Source of the DNA: Podarcis muralis
Lineage: Eukaryota
Direction: 5' to 3'
Length of the DNA: 64,000 bases
Assembly: GCF_964188315.1 (NCBI RefSeq)
Contig: NC_135656.1
Location: forward strand, 77,252,001-77,316,000
Under the pieces are notes generated by a model. That model did no database searches. It was not told the DNA's origin and was given only the letters and a program-made list of their open reading frames with translations. Shown one piece after another: positions 13,269-23,158 of the stretch; position 1 is the stretch's first letter; every line of letters begins with the position of its first letter. Position numbers and translations under genes: made by a program.

Positions 13269-13509
13269 GAGAAGAAGAAGAGGCTGGATTTGATATCCCA
13301 CTTTATCACTACCCAAAGGAGTCTCAAAGCGGCTAACATTCTCCTTTCCCTTCCTCTCCCACAACAAACACTCTGTGAGGTGAGTGAGGCTGAGAGACTT
13401 CAGAGAAATGTGACTAGTCTAAGGTCACCCAGCAGTTGCATGTGGAGGAGCGGGGAAGTGAACCAGATTACGAGACTACCGCTCTTAACCACTACACCAC
13501 ACTGGCTCT
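13269..13509 (-). mobile_element. Squam3-like SINE
   Basis: Collinear with 4239-4485. (gaa)n tail; minus-strand head gagagccagtgtggtgtagtggttaagagcgg. Confidence 0.82.
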
Positions 13510-14534
13510 CTACGAGAGTGCATTTCAACTAACTGAGTCAGAAATCTCAAAACCTGTTGCACTGGTTGTTGTCAGAGTTGCTGAGAACAATGTGGATTTA
13601 TTCAGAGAATCTTCTGCCACTTCAGGGTGACAAAGACGCCCAAGGTAGTAAAACTGACAGCCCTGAGAAATGTGGCTTTTTCTGTGGCCTACTGTAGCCC
13701 CTCATGAAATACTAAGCTCCTGAATTTCAAAACTGAGGTAGTAATATATAACATGCTCTAGAAAACAGCAGATGTCTCTACACAAAGCACTTTTCTATGG
13801 AGCTATTTCTGTCTCTTGCAGCAGCTAACCATAAATAATATAAACAGTATCTCCCTTCAAGAAATGATGCACAAGTGTCAAGGATTTGGGTTTCAGGAAT
13901 ATGCTGAATATGTTGTCGATCCTATCTGTGCTTCCCTAGAAGGAAGCCACATTGAAACCAATAGAAATGTATAAACAGGTTTAAGATTGAAGTAGAAGTT
14001 GGGTTTACATTTCAATTCTTGACCCATCAGTTGACGGTCAATGTATTATTTATAATTGGGCATATTCTTAACTGCTACATTAAATTATAGTGTTCTTTCC
14101 CCATTATCTCTTGTTAGGACACCAACAATGAAAAACGAATGTCAATACAACTAAACACTTTCATGATATTATATACCGAATTTTAGCAAAGGTATTTCTA
14201 GAAGTAGCTGAAATAGGAGACTGGGTTTCTCTGAGCCTATTAGTTAGTAAACACCATTTCTCTCAATCTTAATAACTTGAATAAGTTCAATATTGAAAGG
14301 AAAACCTCCCAGATATTTCTCCTAGCATTGCTCCTAACAGGAAGAAGAAGAAGGTTGTTGTCTGTTGGTGATCAGAGATTTTTAGAAATCTGGGAAGGTG
14401 CAACCAATTTGTTGTTTCATGAACCAAGCACAGGTGAAGAAACATTGCTAATATTGTAATAAAAACAATGCTGTCAGTGTGAAGGGCTGATCCTAGAAGG
14501 CATGTTAACCAATGCTTTCTAATTTATTGTGGTA

Positions 14535-15091
14535 CAGGAATAACTGATTGGTTCAAAATTGGGAAAGGAGTACGACAAGGCTGTATATTGTCTCCCTGCT
14601 TATTTAACTTATATGCAGAATTCATCATGCAAAAGGCTGGGGTGGATGAATCCCAAGCCGGAATTAAGATTGCTGGAAGAAATATCAACAACCTCAGATA
14701 TGCAGATGACACAACCTTGATTGCAGAAAGTGAGGAGGAATTAAAGAACCTTTTAATGAGGGTGAAAGAGGAGAGTGCAAAATATGGGCTGAAGCTCAAC
14801 ATCAAAAAAATGAAGATCATGGCCACTGGGCCCATCACCTCCTGGCAAATAGAAGGGAACGAAATGGAGGCAGCGAGAGATTTTACTTTCTTGGGCTCCA
14901 TGAACACTGCAGATGGTGACAGCAGTCATGAAATTAAAAGACGCCTGCTTCTTGGGAGAAAAGCAATGACAAACCTAGGCAGCATCTTAAAAAACAGAGA
15001 CATCACCTTGCCAACAAAGGTCTGTATAGTTAAAGCTATGGTTTTCCCAGTAGTGATGTATGAAAGTGAGAGCTGGACCATAAAGAAGGCT
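14535..15091 (+). mobile_element. BovB LINE ORF fragment including RT catalytic motif, lacking its 3' end
   Basis: ORF 14588-15184 contains LSPCLFNLYAE..NINNLRYADDTTLIAESEEELKNLLMRVKEES (YADD RT motif, BovB-type). Homology stops abruptly at 15091. Confidence 0.93.
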
Positions 15092-15226
15092 AGGCATTCT
15101 TCAACCCTCCAGGACACATGGGGGGGGGGAGTGCACAGGGCAATAAACCCACTGGAAATAGCAATAAACCCACTGGAAAGTTAAGTCTGATTTGCAGCAC
15201 AAAAGCAGTAATGTAACGTCACAAGA

Positions 15227-15713
15227 CAGCATCTTAAAAAGCATCACCTTGCCAACAAAGGTCCATATAGCTAAAGCTATGGTTTTCCCTGTAGTGATGT
15301 ATGGAAGTGAGAGCTGGACCATAAAGAAGGCTGATCGCCAAAGAATTGATGCTTTTGAATTATGGTGTTGGAGGAGACTCTTGAGAGTCCCATGGACTGC
15401 AAGAAGATCAAACCTCTCCATTCTGAAGGAAATCAGCCCTGAGTGCTCACTGGAAGGACAGATCGTGAAGCTGTGGCTCCAATACTTTGGCCACCTCATG
15501 AGAAGAGAAGACTCCCTGGAAAAGACCCTGATGTTGGGAAAGGTGGAGGGCACAAGGAGAAGGGGACAACAGAGGACGAGATGGTTGGATAGTGTTCTCG
15601 AAGATACCAGCATGAATTTGACCAAACTGCGGGAGGCAGTGGAAGACAGGAGTGGCAGGCGTGCTCTGGTCCATGGGGTCACGAAGAGTCGGACACGACT
15701 AAACAACAACAAC
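15227..15713 (+). mobile_element. BovB LINE 3' end with (AAC)n tail
   Basis: ORF 15192-15722 gives ITLPTKVHIAKAMVFPVVMYGSESWTIKKADRQRIDAFELWCWRRLLRVPW. Tail acgactaaacaacaacaac. Confidence 0.93.
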
Positions 15714-16452
15714 ATTGACTGAAATGAAAGGGAACCTTGTTTTTGTACACAGAAAAATGTCTGCTCTAAAGGATATTTCTCATAGAAGCTCTGGTGCAAG
15801 ATGCAGAGAGATGACAGAGGTAAAACTGGCAATAAATCAGTGAACCGTCCAGTTGGCTAATTTAAATGCAAATCATTTGACTCAGATTCTTGGTCCTTTA
15901 ACACTGTGCACTGCTAATCCTTAGTTCCTTACAACTCTTTCTCAAAGTAGGGAATTTAACTCTCTATAGGTCTTGGTAACTAGGGCCAAACTAGAATTTT
16001 GGCAAGCAGCTGTTACAGGAGAGGGGCAATTGTTAGTGGGCCCAGAGTGCATGGGAATGGGAGCCTTAGACCTTCCTTCCCAAGTTATGACCCATGGAAG
16101 ATTGCTACCTCTGCATAGTGATGAGGCTTAGAAAGAAAGCTCCCATTGGTTCCTGTGCATTTTCTAATTGGATAGAAAACGGCATTTTGCAGGTGCAGCT
16201 TGAAAAAAATGGCACATGTAAAAAAGACCTCTCCTAAACAATAATTAGAGTTGCTTGGAAGAGGGATGGCAGGTGAAGGTCCAGACCATTTCCACCCCAT
16301 AATGAACTGCTACAAGACCCCCTTTCCACAGGTAGCAGTCTTTCCGCATACTTCTTTCACCTCCCCCACAAAAAACTCATAACAATGAACACCAATGTAG
16401 ATTGCAATTCTAACTCTACTTATCTGACTGTAAGCCTCATTGAATTAAGTTG

Positions 16453-16678
16453 AAACAAAAAAAATTCCTTCCAGTAGCACCTTAAAGACCAACTAAGTTA
16501 GTTCTTGGTATGAGCTTTCGTGTGCATGCACACTTCTTCAGATTCTGTGTATCTGAAGAAGTGTGCATGCACACGAAAGCTCATACCAAGAACTAACTTA
16601 GTTGGTCTTTAAGGTGCTACTGGAAGGAATTTTTTTTGTTTTGACTATGGCAGACCAACACGGCTACCTATCTGTAAC
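16453..16678. mobile_element. Penelope-like retroelement remnant as inverted (palindromic) pseudo-LTR pair
   Basis: Perfect 91-bp inverted arms 16453-16543 / 16551-16641. Tail gactatggcagaccaacacggctacc (reptile Penelope-type 3' end). 12-bp direct repeat TGAATTAAGTTG at 16441-16452 and 16679-16690. Confidence 0.85.
16549..16586 (+). ncRNA. Minimal type-I hammerhead ribozyme motif
   Basis: GTAT-CTGAAGA-A-GTGTG(CATG)CACAC-GAAA-GCTC-ATAC. Stem I GTAT/ATAC, CUGANGA and GAAA core boxes, 5-bp stem II, palindromic AGCU in place of stem III. Predicted cleavage after C16582. Activity not shown. Confidence 0.75.
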
Positions 16679-17232
16679 TGAATTAAGTTGGACTTACTTC
16701 TGAATATATGTGGTTAGACTTGTAGCCTTATAAGTTTAGCTCATGTATTTGACAAAGTGGGCTCTAGCTAATAATAAGGATATGACAGAATATAGTTGTA
16801 AGGTTTTTTAAGGTATCACAGAGATAATCCATGAAAAACTACTTGCTGGTGAGGAGATATATTGGTGTTATATAAACAGTGAGCATTGCTTAGTGGCAAA
16901 TCACTCTGGAGAGCTGCTAACAGTTAGTGTGGAACATTGAGCTAGTTAAGGTGAACTTCATATTCAGAGGCCCAAAGGCCAAGTAATGCAAGAGATAACA
17001 ATATGTTAATCTTTTAATAAATGTATGCACACTGTGTCCCCCCCTTTCCATCTGATCACCTATATTAGCTCTGTAAACAGCACATTCTGATCAGCTGACA
17101 ACACTTTCTGAAGGCTGCAGTTGTACTGAGGAAAAGTGATATACTGGTTGTGGGAGTGTTTATTTTTTATTCCTACCATTATATAAAGCTAGAATTTGGG
17201 GTGAGGGAGGTAGAACAGACTGAGAGATTTTA

Positions 17233-17233
<1 letters not shown>

Positions 17234-17271
<38 letters not shown>
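17234..17271. repeat. (CA)n microsatellite
   Basis: Direct reading. Confidence 0.95.
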
Positions 17272-17273
<2 letters not shown>

Positions 17274-17377
17274 TGTTCCTTGTGCGCATCAAAGGATGAT
17301 AGATAGATATAGATAATCCTTTGATGGGCACAAGGAACATCATAAAATCAACAAAAGTTTGTAGACCTTTATCATTA

Positions 17378-17595
17378 CAGTGGTACCTCGGGTTACAGAC
17401 GCTTCAGGTTACAGACTCCACTAACCCAGAAATAGTACCTCGGGTTAAGAACTTTGCTTCAGGATAAGAACAGAAATTGCACAGCGGCGGCAGCGGGAGG
17501 CCCCCTTAGCTAAAGTGGTAACTCAGGTTAAGAACAGTTTCAGGTTAAGAACAGACCTCCAGAACAAATGAAGTTCTTAACCTGAGGTACCACTG
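17378..17595 (+). mobile_element. Tigger/pogo-like (Tc1-mariner) MITE, family A
   Basis: TIR CAGTGGTACCTCGGGTTA / TTAACCTGAGGTACCACTG, TA duplication at 17376-17377 and 17596-17597, repeated caggttaaga subterminal motif. Confidence 0.92.
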
Positions 17596-17722
17596 TACTG
17601 CTAACAATAATAAGTCAATAACAGTACAGTGGGCAATCAAAAAAGGAAACCAACAGGAAAATGAAGGGATAATTATAGTAATCTTGCTTCAAAACCACAG
17701 CTCAGCAATTTTAACCACAAAT

Positions 17723-17962
17723 TTGTTGTTGTTTAGTCGTTTAGTTGTGTCCGACTCTTCGTGACCCCATGACCAGAGCACACCAGGCACTCCTGTCTTC
17801 CACTGCCTCCCGCAGTTTGGTCAAACTCATGTTGGTAGCTTTGAGAACACTGTCCAACCATCTCGTCCTCTGTCATCCCCTTCTCCTTGTGCCCTCAATC
17901 TTTCCCAACATCAGGGTCTTTTCTAGGGAGTCTTCTCTTCTCATGAGGTGGCCAAAGCATTG
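17723..17962 (-). mobile_element. BovB LINE 3' end
   Basis: ttgttgttgtttagtcgtttagttgtgtccgactc is the reverse complement of the BovB tail seen at 7120-7157. Confidence 0.92.
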
Positions 17963-18104
17963 ATTTCAGTGTAGTATTACTAAACTCCTATAGCATGGCT
18001 CTATAACACACACACACACACAGTATTATTAAGTGGGGGGGGGTCTTATGAGAGCATTCTTAATATTTTATTAAGAAAGACAGTCATCTCCCCTCCCCCC
18101 ATGG

Positions 18105-18532
18105 GATTAATAGCAAGTTGACTGGGTGGGAGGGGAGGATTTTGATGATGGGAATAATGGGGGCAGGACTGATTCCAGTGTTGATAACTACTGGACCCAT
18201 ATACAGCTATCCTGTGCAGGAGCTTCCCATTGAAATGCTTTTAGGCCCTGGACTGAGTCATCCCACTGAGACTGCCCATTGGATCCTCCTGGGCAGTATG
18301 GAATATAAAAGAGTTTCTGGTTGAGCATCGAAAACTTCTTAAGCAATGGTGTCTTCATACATGCTTGGTCATTCTTCATTCTGGCTTGCTCTTGCCTCTT
18401 AGTTTGTCCTTTGGTCCTCCTGACTAATCCTTCTGTCTTGACTACTAGCTACGTTGTCTCCATGGTTCCTTACCATGTTTCTTACCTCAATTCCTCCTAT
18501 TTTGATATGATTTCAACTTAAGGTGAGTAACA
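18105..18532 (+). mobile_element. Possible old solo LTR
   Basis: GC-richer block with TATA-like AATATAAAAG (~18302), pyrimidine-rich 3' half and a 3' end ...GAGTAACA. ATGG on both flanks (18101-18104, 18533-18536), but the 5' TG terminus is not seen. Confidence 0.35.
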
Positions 18533-20260
18533 ATGGAAAGAAAATCCATTTTTCTGTCTCCTAGTGAAAAATCTGATTCTGCAGCCAGTAACAATACAAC
18601 AACTGTTCTGTAGCTGGAAATATATAGTAATAATTGTAGGTCTTCATATCACCTTTCACTGCATGAAGAATGTAAATGCTTTAACCTGCTTTGGAGCACA
18701 GTAACAGATGAAGCCTTTATATCTGTGCAAAGAATTATGTATCAGTACTTTCTATTAACCTTTTAATCACCTCAAGGAGAAAACAGTGAATTTCCAGTAG
18801 CAGATTTTATTTCTAGGCTGAACTCCCCTAGTGGTGGTCACCAACATATTTCAGCAATGTGCCCCAGTGGGGATTTGTGCATATGTTATGTCTGAGCTAG
18901 AAGGGATATTGTTATTTTCAGGCTATCTATAGCACCCTCTCAACTACACCATTCAGTGGCCAGTACAGTGGTTTACTATACTGGACTGTTAGCAGCTGGA
19001 TTTCTGAAAGTTGTATTCTTAACTCCAAGACTTTAAATTGATCCCCTCCAGCATGCACATCAGCAGCCTATTCATTCGAATATCATGTTCTAATGCAATT
19101 TTAAAGCAACAGAAAATTGAATGTGAAATTAAGGATGAATGAGTATATTGAAGCAAATCATTGATGGTTCAGGATATGCCCAGCATTCAGTTATCTGTTC
19201 TCTGTGAATTTTAGTTTGGAGAGATCTCAGGCAAGTCATGTAATCTATTTGCCTCCTACTCTCCTTTATCTAGAGCTGTGGCTCTTGGGAGAAGCTGCTG
19301 CTTCATTATATTTTCACAAGTGCCTGCAGGAAAGATGCGGACAATCCCAGCAAGTAAAATGATATAAAAATGCTTATTTGAATTGTTAGATCCTTAGAGA
19401 ACAAGAATAAGCAAAGGGGGCTAGAAGGAGAGATGAGCCGCTTTAATATGGTCTTGAATATTGAAGCATTTAGTTAGAAAAAGCTGAAATACTAATACAT
19501 TTACTAGGAAGAAATCCTGTTTTCTTTAATGCAGGAGGCAAACCAAACCTGTGACAGAGTCCCTTACCACACTTGATGAGTAGGCTGTCTGTATTTGACC
19601 AATCAAAAAAAGATGGTGCAATGCTTGTTCTTTTCTTCTTAGACTTTTGATATTAACAAATATAGCCTTCAGCAAGTACAGATTTTAAGTGCTAGGGTAA
19701 TATAATATTTCCTTTGGTTTCATAAAATGGCTCTTTATTTAAAACGTTTGAGAAATTGGCAAGTAATTTCTTTTTTCCTGGAAATATTTGTCATTAAAGG
19801 CAGAAACTGCAGAATTATAACCCAAAGGCTTGTTTGGTTCCTCTGCTGCATTTGATTTGTGACTGGAATAATAACACTTACAAGCTTACAATCATTTGGA
19901 AAGGATACAGTAGGAGAATCATGCAGGAGTCAGTGTGACCGAGCCACAAAATCTACAGGTGTGCAACGTTGCTGTGAACATTGCAAATGTCTTAAGAGAC
20001 ATCTGTTGTTGCCTAGCTCACATCATTTCATTTTCCCATGTAGCTGTGTTCATTTATATCTTATTTCCCTTTTTGTGAAATTGTTTTTAATAAGAAGTTT
20101 ATAGAAACTAAGTTATGCTTTTTACAGGCTTCATCTCTTCTAAGTACAGTTCTTGGGGCCATAGTGCTTCTGTAAACAGCAGCTGGTTTCCTGTACGCTA
20201 TAGTGAGTGAATGAAAGCCTTAGGCAACCACAAAATAAATACAGCAAATAAACAATCATT

Positions 20261-20461
20261 NNNNNNNNNNNNNNNNNNNNNNNNNNNNNNNNNNNNNNNN
20301 NNNNNNNNNNNNNNNNNNNNNNNNNNNNNNNNNNNNNNNNNNNNNNNNNNNNNNNNNNNNNNNNNNNNNNNNNNNNNNNNNNNNNNNNNNNNNNNNNNNN
20401 NNNNNNNNNNNNNNNNNNNNNNNNNNNNNNNNNNNNNNNNNNNNNNNNNNNNNNNNNNNNN
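20261..20461. other. Assembly gap (201 N)
   Basis: Run of N. Confidence 0.99.
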
Positions 20462-20593
20462 CAGAAAAATAATAGCCCCCATATTAATAATGTGTTGTCC
20501 CTCTACAGTGAACTTTATAGGTGCTAAAAATAAAATAGAATAATAGCAGAACCCACCTACAAACCCACCCCTTGGGTTGCATGGAGCCCGGTT

Positions 20594-20720
20594 CATAGGA
20601 ACATAAAAAGACTCTGCTGGATCAGGCCAATCTAGTCCAGCACCCTGTTTTCACTGAGGCCAACTAGATCCCTGGGGGAAACCCACAAGCAGAACCTGAG
20701 GAAGAGCACTCTCCCCTACC
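20594..20720 (-). mobile_element. CR1-type LINE 3' fragment
   Basis: cataggaacata...tgctggatcaggccaatctagtccagcaccctgtt. Related fragments at ~40570-40760, 41590-41790, 47890-48075 (opposite orientation) and 53855-54110. Confidence 0.6.
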
Positions 20721-21753
20721 TCAGTAAGGGCCTGCACATTCCAGGTGCAGTGGTGGTGGGCAACTTGAAGGCTCATTTCTTCTCTTCTTAGGGCTCTTTA
20801 TTTTTAACCTGGAGCTGAATCAGGCAACCCTTCAGACAGAAGACTCCTTTAAATGGGGGACTGTCTTCTGACAGCCCTGCATATGGAGGACTGTAGTAAC
20901 ATGGCCACTATGGTAACTATGAATCACTTGCAAGGGGGGGGGGATCTATAGTTGGGCTGAATACTAATTTTAGTCTATCTATTCCAGGCTATACTTTAGA
21001 GGTTGTATTTTAGCATTGAGATCAAGGACTCTCAGCCAACGCAGTAACAAAAAGGACTGCTTAACTTTCTGTTAGTGCTGTTAGTCATGATGACTCATGA
21101 CACATACGTCCTGTTATCACTAACCCTGTCCCTCTCAGGCTCTTTCTGGTTCATTCCTGCAATAAATATTAATGACAAATTGAAATTATTTCCTGGACTT
21201 GAAAGGGGGGGGGGAGTTTAAAAGGAGGATCTCCCCACACTTCTTTTTCTTGGGTCTAATATTTCAAAAACTAATCTTTAATTAGTATCTTTAAAATAGA
21301 GAAAACATTACTGAGTCTTAGCAGTTTATGCTGCTATAGGCTCTTCTTAAATTCATATTTCCTCCAGATTTCCTATGGGGAGTCTTAATGGTACATTAAT
21401 CAGCATATTTTATGTATCAAAAAGCATCCTGGGTTTTTTGAATACTAGACATTTAAATTATATGAGAGAATTAAAAAAAAAGAAAAAGATAGAATCCAGA
21501 GCTTTGTTTTGTTTACCAGTTTGATTTTATTGCATTGAAACATCTACTCCCTTCTGTTATGCCTTGAGATATACTGGTTTTGTTTTTTGTTTTTTCTTTA
21601 AATGCCACTTACAAATTATGAAGCTAATATTCCAATTTCCATGGAGATTGTAAGATGGCACTTATATGGTATGCAGAAATTTAATGTAGGCTAGCTTGAC
21701 ATTTCATATTTATTCTTGGCACATCCTGTTTTACTTCCACTTTGCAATCTCTT

Positions 21754-21985
21754 TGTTATGTACTAAGCTTGGATCCTAGAACAATAGGCAGGTAGGATTG
21801 TAGAATGCAACAACTGATTGGCTTGCAGGAGAAGACCAATCAGGCTCCAGGAGGGAAGCAGAATCAGCCAATCAGACAGGACTCATTGTATAAATAATGT
21901 ATATAAAGGCCTGAGGTTTGAGGGAAATCCAATCACTGTTTTACAAGTTGCAATAAAGAGCATGCAGGACTCTGAGTATATTTCA
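21754..21985 (+). mobile_element. Solo LTR (232 bp), CCAAT-rich family
   Basis: TG...CA termini (TGTTATGTACT...GAGTATATTTCA), perfect 5-bp TSD CTCTT (21749-21753, 21986-21990), TATATAAA at 21900, AATAAA at 21952, CCAAT/ATTGG boxes. Confidence 0.88.
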
Positions 21986-22041
21986 CTCTTACAGATTATT
22001 TCCTGTAGGGTTAAGTCTGTAGGGTTAATCTTGGCATACTA

Positions 22042-22952
22042 TTGTCGTTGTTGGCATCTGTCTGTCTCGAGAGACAATGGAGTGGGCATCTAGGGGTGAA
22101 GTCAACCCTGCAGCTGTGGCTGCAGAGGCTGCTAACTCATAATTGCTGCCTCCCATGTTGTTTTTGCTGTGTTAGGAACACTGAAGTAACTTTTCTATGG
22201 AGCAAGCCTGGGGAGTGTGTATGGAGGTCCTGGGCTACCCAGATTACATGACCCCCCTCTTGGCTTGGCTGGTGTGATCCAAAGGAAAGCGGAGCAATAC
22301 ATCTGGCACCAGCTTGGCTGCAGGAGTTGCTGGAAGGAGGTGTACAAGATGTCATCCAACCACCTTAGGGACTCAACTCCAGATTTGTGTAGTGTTTGCT
22401 CCCTAACCTTTTCTTCTCCTGAAGGTGTCCCACAAGGCAGTGGGTATGGATTTTTCATCAGAGTTTACTCCTGAAGCCTTTCTAATGAATGACTATAACC
22501 GCAAGGCAACAGAGGCTTAGGATCAGAGTTTCCTTCTCCTAGATGAGCTACTTTCCTAGGTTGATGAGCCCCATCTGCCCCTCACTTTCCACTACAGCAG
22601 GTGCAGAAAGTGCCTTCTTGACCGTTGAACTCACTATTGGTCTCATCCGCTCAGTCCGCCAGAGCCTGTCCTCACATGCAGAGGAAGCTCCTAACTCACC
22701 AAGAGTTTGAGACCCATTGGCTACCCACACCATGTTTAGCTGGCCAGACCAAGCCATTTGCAGGGTGTGGCCGCTGTCGCATGCTGACAGCTTCTAGGAG
22801 CCACAGGTGAGAGCTGAGTGCAGGGTGGGGGCCAAAGGTGGACAAAGTACCCCAGAAAGAGCACAATGTATACTCCACCAGAGGTACTGCCCCTCCCCTA
22901 ACACCGTATACACCCCATACACAATTGTGTTAAATGGGGGAGTGTATTGGCC
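22042..22952 (-). mobile_element. RTE-like non-autonomous retroelement, near full length
   Basis: Homologous to 11130-11910. Minus-strand 3' end ...gatgccaacaacgacaa (CAA-type tail). Contains ctaggagaaggaaactctgatcctaagcc on the minus strand. No long ORF. Confidence 0.6.
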
Positions 22953-23019
22953 ACATTGGAGTGATTCTGCTCCATGTGTAGGGGTTTCAGCGGTCATATA
23001 CTGAACATCACCTGTGCAG

Positions 23020-23158
23020 AATGAAGCTTTTTAAGCAGAGGTTGGGTGCCATCTGTCATGGATGCTTCAGTTGAGATTCCTGCATTGCATGGGATTGGAC
23101 TAGATGACCCCTGGAGTCTCTTCCAACTTTACAATTCTGTGATTCTATGATTTTATGA
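23020..23158 (+). mobile_element. CR1 LINE 3' end
   Basis: ttggactagatgacccctggagtctcttccaactttacaattctgtgattctatgattttatga, i.e. the CR1 terminal motif with an (ATTCTATG)n-type tail. Confidence 0.85.

Noticed and set aside
15101-15832. 243-aa minus-strand ORF, and similar ORFs at 14524-14907, 6802-7113 and 17745-17963
   Set aside because: Antisense shadows of BovB sequence.
20128-20202. 75-nt plus-strand candidate exon. Also minus-strand mini-exons at 26967-27007 (VLNLLAYFFVKKQ), ~30990-31030 and ~33735-33765, and plus acceptors near 3080 and 3190.
   Set aside because: Splice-like signals only. No recognisable protein and no consistent gene model.
20198-20596. ORFs spanning the N-gaps (also 36225-36566)
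   Set aside because: Artefacts of translating N runs.
22780-22952. Possible HDV-like ribozyme at the 5' end of the RTE-like element (known for some RTEs)
   Set aside because: I could not establish P1/P1.1/P3 pairings by eye. It needs a descriptor or covariance search on a consensus.
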